Below, in pieces: positions 45,301 through 51,193 of a stretch of 51,193 nt of DNA (its first letter is position 1; every line of letters begins with the position of its first letter). The position numbers and the translations under genes were made by a program. The notes under the pieces were generated by a model. That model had not been told where the DNA came from. It ran no database searches and worked only from the letters and a program-made list of their open reading frames with translations. This DNA comes from Vitrella brassicaformis CCMP3155. Lineage: Eukaryota; Protista; Chromerida. The DNA lies in NCBI GenBank assembly GCA_001179505.1, contig CDMY01000566.1, positions 1 through 51,193 on the forward strand, written 5' to 3'.

Positions 45301-47842
45301 TTTTTCCCGTTGTTGCCAATGGCTAATGTGGTCTCCTCCGTCGCCCTCTACCCCTCCCAACTCGTCCGGATGTCATCCGCCAAGTCCTTGAAGTTCCTTC
45401 CTCCGCCGCGGTGCCCCGGGCAAGGCCTCGCCCGCGGTGCCCTGCCCTCTGCTGAGCGAATGCCGACTGCCGACTGGCTTCCATCAGGTCAGCACACGTG
45501 TGTGACCTTGTGTGTCATGTCTTGCCTGTGGCCGGTGATGGTGTGGTGTGTAAATGGTGTGCAGCGATGAATGGAACGGTCCATTTCACTGCCGTGTGTG
45601 TGCTCGTGTGCATCCCCTGGGTCATCCTCAGGTGCCAGTGGACCGCCTCCTTTTTTCTCTCCGCCGTCTCATTTTCTCGACATATTTCTCAGAGGTTGGT
45701 GAGCGCCTCACGAAGTGGCAATGAACGTCAGTCACCGCATGCATACTCATGTGTCAGCAGAAACTCATAATGCACCCTGTCAGACGCGTAAGAGGCGCGC
45801 ACGGCGCATCATTGACGGTACGCTTTGCGTCAACGAAGTGAGCTGAAGAGATAAGTGCATCCCCGCCGAGCGAGTGACATCGATGTTGGCGGCGGATCCA
45901 CCAGTTATCATGTCCGACAGCTAGGGACATCCGTGCGGCGGTGAGGGACTACACACGGCTCAAACACGCAAACGCCGCACTGGAGCAGCAGCTCAGGGAG
46001 GAGAGGGCCAAGTACGCCGACCTCGAACATAAATACAATGAAGTGGCCAGAGAGAGATGAGCTGCGGGCAAGGGTGGCGGAGGAGGTGCCCAGGGAGAGG
46101 GGCGGAATGGGTGGGTGGATCAAGGAGAGGGGGGGCGTGGTGGACCATCAGTATATCGTCAAAAGTGGGGCGAAGCGGGTAGGGGTGAAGCTGCATGAGG
46201 AAAAGGGCATACTTCCTATCAGCCAAGCCCAGGTAGGTGGATTGCCTTTTCACTCACTCTTGCCATTGAGCACTTCTGTGTTTGTGTGTTTGTGTGTTTG
46301 TGTGTTTGTGTGTTTGAGCAGCTGGATACCCATGGGTTTAAGTACGACATCATAGCGAAACACCAAAAACACTTGTATAGCTCATTCGGCGAGTACTTTG
46401 TGTTGCTATTCGACAAGCCACTCAACAAGTCTCACACAACACATTGCCGCTCATGTGTGTGACGTCGCATGCATTCTCACATGTGTGTGTGTGTCAATGT
46501 GTGTGTGTGTCAGGAGGTGTGGGGGGACAGGACGGCAGCACCCGACCGAAACAAGCTGCTAACAGAGGGCGTCTACAAGAACTTCACAAGCCACCGCCCC
46601 AACAAGTGGCGCCACCTCTTCACCGCCAAAGAGGTACAACACGGCACACTGTCGACTGTCACTCACTGCTTGTTTCACTTCATGTCTCATATCGGTGTGT
46701 GTGGTTCTTTCATTGTCAATGCAGTACATCGAGGCCACCAGCAAGCAGAAGAAGGTCACCATCCGTTTCGCAGCGGGTGACAGCTGCCTCCAGGCGGTCT
46801 CGACGGCTCTCCTCCGCTACCAGGAGGCTGAGCCGCGAGCCGTCCGGGGCGCTGTCAAACCGATCATCATCATAGAGACCTGCGACGGATGGATGTGAGC
46901 TCAATCTTCACATGCATCAGTGCGTGTCGCCCACGTGTGTGCGTGCGCGCGCGTGTTTGTGTGTGTGTGTGCAGCATTATTATTATCATAATCATATGGT
47001 GGATCAAGATCATCAAGGAGAGAAAATGCATATCGTGCCCCGAACTCGACGGCATCGAAAACATACAGGTGCAAACAAAGTGGCCGACTCGCTGTCTGGT
47101 TGATCACATTGCCCACCTCTCTGTCTGTCTCGCTGTCTTTGTTGGTGCAGGTGGCGATGCAACCAGTGAGTAGCGGCAAGCGAGACATCACCGACTCCGT
47201 CAAGGTACAACCATGTCCACACACAACACACACCCTCCTCCTATCACACACAACACACATCCCTCTCCATCTCTCTCTCTCTGTGTGTGTGTGTCTGTGT
47301 GTCACATTTCCTGTCAGCTGGTCCAGTTTATCCAGCAGCAGCACCCCACCCTGACTCTCCGTAAGCACGCCCGCCACGAGTCGGTGTTCGCATTTCGATG
47401 TTCTGTCTGTGTCGTTGTGTTGCAGGCGGGATGGTGGCTGGCTTCCTGCTCAACGGAGGCAGCCACTGCCCGCGGGTGGTCAGCAGCCTCCCAGAGGCCT
47501 TCACGCTGCTCGAGACGCACAATGACATAGACAAGGTGAACAGCCGGCTCACTCACACGACATTCCACTCACCCTGCACACGACATTTGTCCATCTCGTC
47601 TGTGTCTCTCCGTTTGTCTGTCAGGTGGTTGAGGTGGTGAGTATGTAGTAAGCGCCTGGCGGAGGGCAAGCCCACATGCCCGCCCACGCCGCCCAGCTGA
47701 TCTATGATATCACGCTGGCCGCCATCCACGGCCCGGTGCTGGCCAAGATATCCGACCATAATGACGAGGTACGTGAGCGATCAGTGCACACACATCACAT
47801 ACACATCACTGTCGTGATGTGTATGTCAGATTGCTGCCTACA
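45301..47842 (+). pseudogene. Unnamed multi-exon gene family, copy 2; disrupted
   Basis: Colinear with 5402-8405. Retains a coiled-coil exon (LSCPTARDIRAAVRDYTRLKHANAALEQQLREERAKYADLEHKYNEVARER) with a (GA)n frameshift giving TGA at 46058. Lacks about 770 bp corresponding to 5960-6730, one splice donor and the last exon. Confidence 0.75.
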
Positions 47843-48611
47843 TATTATATTCCAAGGCCCTTACCCCTCCTCGTGGACAGTGCGGGACAAGGAGGGTCAG
47901 CCCCCAGTGCCATTGGAGAAGGAGGACAACCGGGGGATGGCGGCTGCCTCGCACGGACAGACCAGAGCACCACGCAGGTCAGGGAAACATGCACGAACAT
48001 GGCAGCTGTGGCCGCCATTGTGATGGGGTTCATATTCTTTTTTCTGATTTTGGCGGGGAGGAAGAAAGAGGCAGAGAGATAGAAGAGGGAGTTGAGAAGT
48101 TGCGTGACTTCATGCGTGGGGAGGGCAAAGAGTGACGTCACTGTTTTACAAGGCTGGATGGATGAATGGATGGATGGATGGCTATGCACATCTATATCTA
48201 CACACGAGACACGGTGGTTGTTTTAGATGCTCATCGCTGCCTACATTTTATATTGGAGAGGTTGAGCTGCCCATTACAGCAGAGAGAGACCCACGTACGG
48301 CGAGTGGATGACTTTCATGCTTGTGTCACTTCGATTCACCCCATTGGAGTGCACATACGTACGTGTCCTTCATGAGTGTTGTCCAACCAGCCGACGAACA
48401 AAGAAGCGTTTCAATCTTTAGCTTACGCACCTGCACATATAGTATACACATCGATGTCATGCCACTACACAGACATACACACTGATCGATTCACCGTCCA
48501 TACATCACAAATAGGTAGACAATGAGGCGGTACACACAAGAAAGTCAACACAAACACGTCCATTTCATGCTACAGTGCAGACGCATTACTCCACACCACT
48601 GATCGATCCAA

Positions 48612-49750
48612 CTAGCTTTGCACATCATGATCAGCAACACGGGCACCACCAGCAACCGCTCTTTGTCTGTTGGGCTGCAGCTGGGGAAGGCATGGCGGCC
48701 TGCAGCCCACAGAACTCATTCCGCGGCGGCTGAGAGCAGAACTTGCGATGTTCATCCACAAACCTACCGCACACACATCCGATGTGACACACACACATAG
48801 ATGGATGGATTGCACCTCCTGCCGGTGGCTCACGTTTGTTTGTCGTTGGCGAATCGTGCGGCCCGGCTGTGCAGTGCGTCTGCGAGGAAGGTGAAGTGAA
48901 GGTGAGAGCGATATGTCCACGCCGGCGGGATAAGTCCTCCTCTGTTTGGACGCCTGATGGGCGCCTTCCTCGGCAGCGGTCCGTGTGGTGCCGTAGGTGC
49001 GCCACTCGTAGCCGTGAGCGGGCGAAAAGCGCCACAGCCCCCTCAGCGTCTCAAACCACTCATCTGAACCACACACACATGACAGATCAACACAGACAGA
49101 GAGAGTGGGCATCGGTCTCGGCTGCTGACAGAGGCTGGTGGCCGTCTCAGTGAGCCGTTTGTTGAGCGGCCGCAGCAGAGATGGCGCCTCGTAAATCACA
49201 CTGTCCAACACAATACGACTGCACCACACACACACAGAGAGAGACCACACAGCACACAACCAGTGGTGAAGCAACCAGCTGTGAGTCAATGTCATGAGTC
49301 AATCAGTCGGTCAGTGTACGTTTGCAGTGTGCGTGACGTTGGTCTTTCTCGTCAGTCTGGCGGTGATCCAGAGGTCTGATGGAGAAGCTGATGAGTCCCC
49401 GCGGCTGCAGCTCATCGATGGGAATCGGCTGCACCACTCAGTACTCGAGGCCGTCCAAACCACTGCAAACACACACACAAGCAAACACACTCACATGGGT
49501 CACAGCGCTGTTGTCTTGCCGCTCTCTGCTTGTCTGTTTGACTCACTCAGGCGCCTCTTCGCCTCTCAGCAGCCGCTCGCAAGACAGCTTGCAGCTTCAT
49601 TCATTCATTCATTCATTCACTCCTCGTGTGTGTTTGTCATTGTCCTGTATGCGCTGCCGCCTCACAAGAGCAGTGTCCCCTTTTCCAAAAGCTCAGCCTT
49701 GTCTGCGAGCTAGGCGAGTAGAGGGAAGCCTGGTTCTTTCGTTCGAGTCT
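48612..49750 (-). pseudogene. Probable decayed multi-exon gene
   Basis: Protein-like blocks (VVQPIPIDELQPRGLISFSIRPLD; RIVLDSVIYEAPSLLRPLNKRLTE; EWFETLRGLWRF) bounded by GT-AG and microsatellite introns. An in-frame TGA at 49438-49440 and inconsistent frames prevent a clean model. Confidence 0.35.
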
Positions 49751-49821
49751 GAGGGATAGGTGGAGCAACTTCCCAGCCGGCGCTTCAGCCCATCCCACGT
49801 GTGGACCTCTGCCACATCCAA

Positions 49822-51193
49822 ATGAGAAGGGGATCTCGTGAACCGCAGCTGCTGAGTCAGAGCGACATCGATGCTGCCGTCGCAGATCTGCTTTCGTCAT
49901 CGGACGAGGCCTTCACAGCGGCAGCGCTGACATTGGCTCGTGCGTGTATCAATAAAAGGCTCAGCAGACAGGAGGCCCGAGGTCTGATCGCCCGGCTCCT
50001 CGAGGACAAGGATGGTCTTCGCCGCACACTGGCGCGGCTGGTGGATGACGGAGAGAAGGAGTCTCAGCTGGCTGTGGCCGATCTGCTGCTCTGCCTCGCA
50101 GTGGAGATCAAGCCCGCTCTTGCAGCTTTGCAGCCATCTCAGCTGGTCGATGTGGCTGCTGTTGTTGTGGATCTGGTTACATGGAGGCACATATCAGCAG
50201 ATGGCAGCAGCCGCTGTTATGGGCCCGACGAGAGCCTGGCCGTCAAACACGGCCTCAAAGCTGATGCTGCAGCGGATATCGTCACGCTTGTGCGGCTGGG
50301 GCTTCTTATCGCGGCGCTTCAGGCTCTGCGTGAGGCTGCACCGCAGGAGGGCGCTTGTCTCCGGGACTTACTGCTCGCCGGCCACCAGACGACCATCAAG
50401 CAGTGCCTGACCGTCACGCGTACCGACATCGAGGGGTCTGTTTCGAGGACGGCGTTTGATGTCTTGAAATCGCTGCTGCTGCCGTTTACGCCGTCGCCAT
50501 CTTCACCAGATGCGGAGGATCCCGCCCCCATTCCCCTCCAGCTGTCCCTCCCCTTGTTTACACTCCTGGTCGACCATGTGGTGGAGCTGGCGGAAGGGAC
50601 GACCCTCATGCACGCACAGGGGTTGCTGATGGCGCTGGAGCTACCTGGTCTGGTTGCCCGTGCAGCTTCGTGGCGGCAGGACAGATGTAAGTTGATGAGC
50701 AAGTGACCGGCCACCACTCAACCTTGTCGTCTTCTATGTGTGTGTGTCCGTCCATCAGCTCTGCGCGAGAAGGATGTCAAGCGGCTGGTCAGACAACACA
50801 TTTACCCACATATGGAGACGCTTTTGGGCATCATCGCCTCGGCACAAGGAGGGATGTTGGCTGTGGGGACGGCCACAGTGGGTGCCATTAGTGAATTCAG
50901 CGGGCAGTGGGACTCTCCTACCCATGTCCCCCGCTCGTCGTGCCGGCCGCTGCTTGACAATCCCTCGCTGATCATGACGGCCATTAAAGCGGCCAATGCC
51001 ATTGTCGGCCAAGACGTCGAGCTACCGCCATATGTCTACACCACAATGCTCTTCGTGGGGAAACTGTCATTAACCGTAACACTCGTCCGTGTGTCCGTGA
51101 TACTCATACAAATACAGTCCCATCAGCACGCAGACCCAAACAGGCTCAAGGGGAGGAGGGATCAATCCCCGCCCCATCAGCACACCCCAGTCC
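49822..51193 (+). CDS. Leu/Ala-rich alpha-helical (ARM-like) hypothetical protein; probably continues beyond the window
   Basis: An exon of about 290 aa (MRRGSREPQLLSQSDIDAAVADLL...ARAASWRQDR), a GTAAGT...CATCAG intron, then an in-frame exon (SLREKDVKRLVRQHIYPHMETLLGII...) that stays open to the window end. Confidence 0.7.

Noticed and set aside
47999-48082. Tiny hydrophobic ORF MAAVAAIVMGFIFFFLILAGRKKEAER
   Set aside because: Only 27 aa, with no splice or homology support. It can arise by chance from a T-rich stretch.

Overview
Intron-rich eukaryotic genomic DNA from a draft scaffold, with five 300-N placeholder gaps. Introns are short GT-AG and packed with (GT/CA)n, (CAGA)n and (CCAT)n repeats. 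This style, plus the lineage-type ankyrin-like and helical orphan genes, suggests a chromerid alga such as Vitrella brassicaformis (inference, not proven). Recognisable genes: SLU7 (3' part, plus a partial second copy), CEP44, MYG1 (one full copy and two partial copies), a receptor-like TKL kinase with a periplasmic-binding-protein (Venus flytrap) ectodomain, a bacterial-type GyrI-like small-molecule-binding protein with four introns, a TPR protein and an ankyrin-like protein. There are also two divergently transcribed secreted orphan proteins, a probable plastid-targeted membrane protein, an STPG/SHIPPO-repeat-like protein, and three copies of an unnamed multi-exon gene family (two decayed, one a gap-truncated fragment). 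Best leads: (i) a 72-aa PIGBOS1-like microprotein gene ending only 35 nt before CEP44, possibly bicistronic; (ii) the amino-acid-sensor-type receptor kinase; (iii) repeated microhomology-flanked deletions that separate the decayed paralogues; (iv) the intron-bearing GyrI-like gene. All exon structures were spliced by eye and no database searches were run. No tRNA, rRNA, CRISPR or transposase was recognised.
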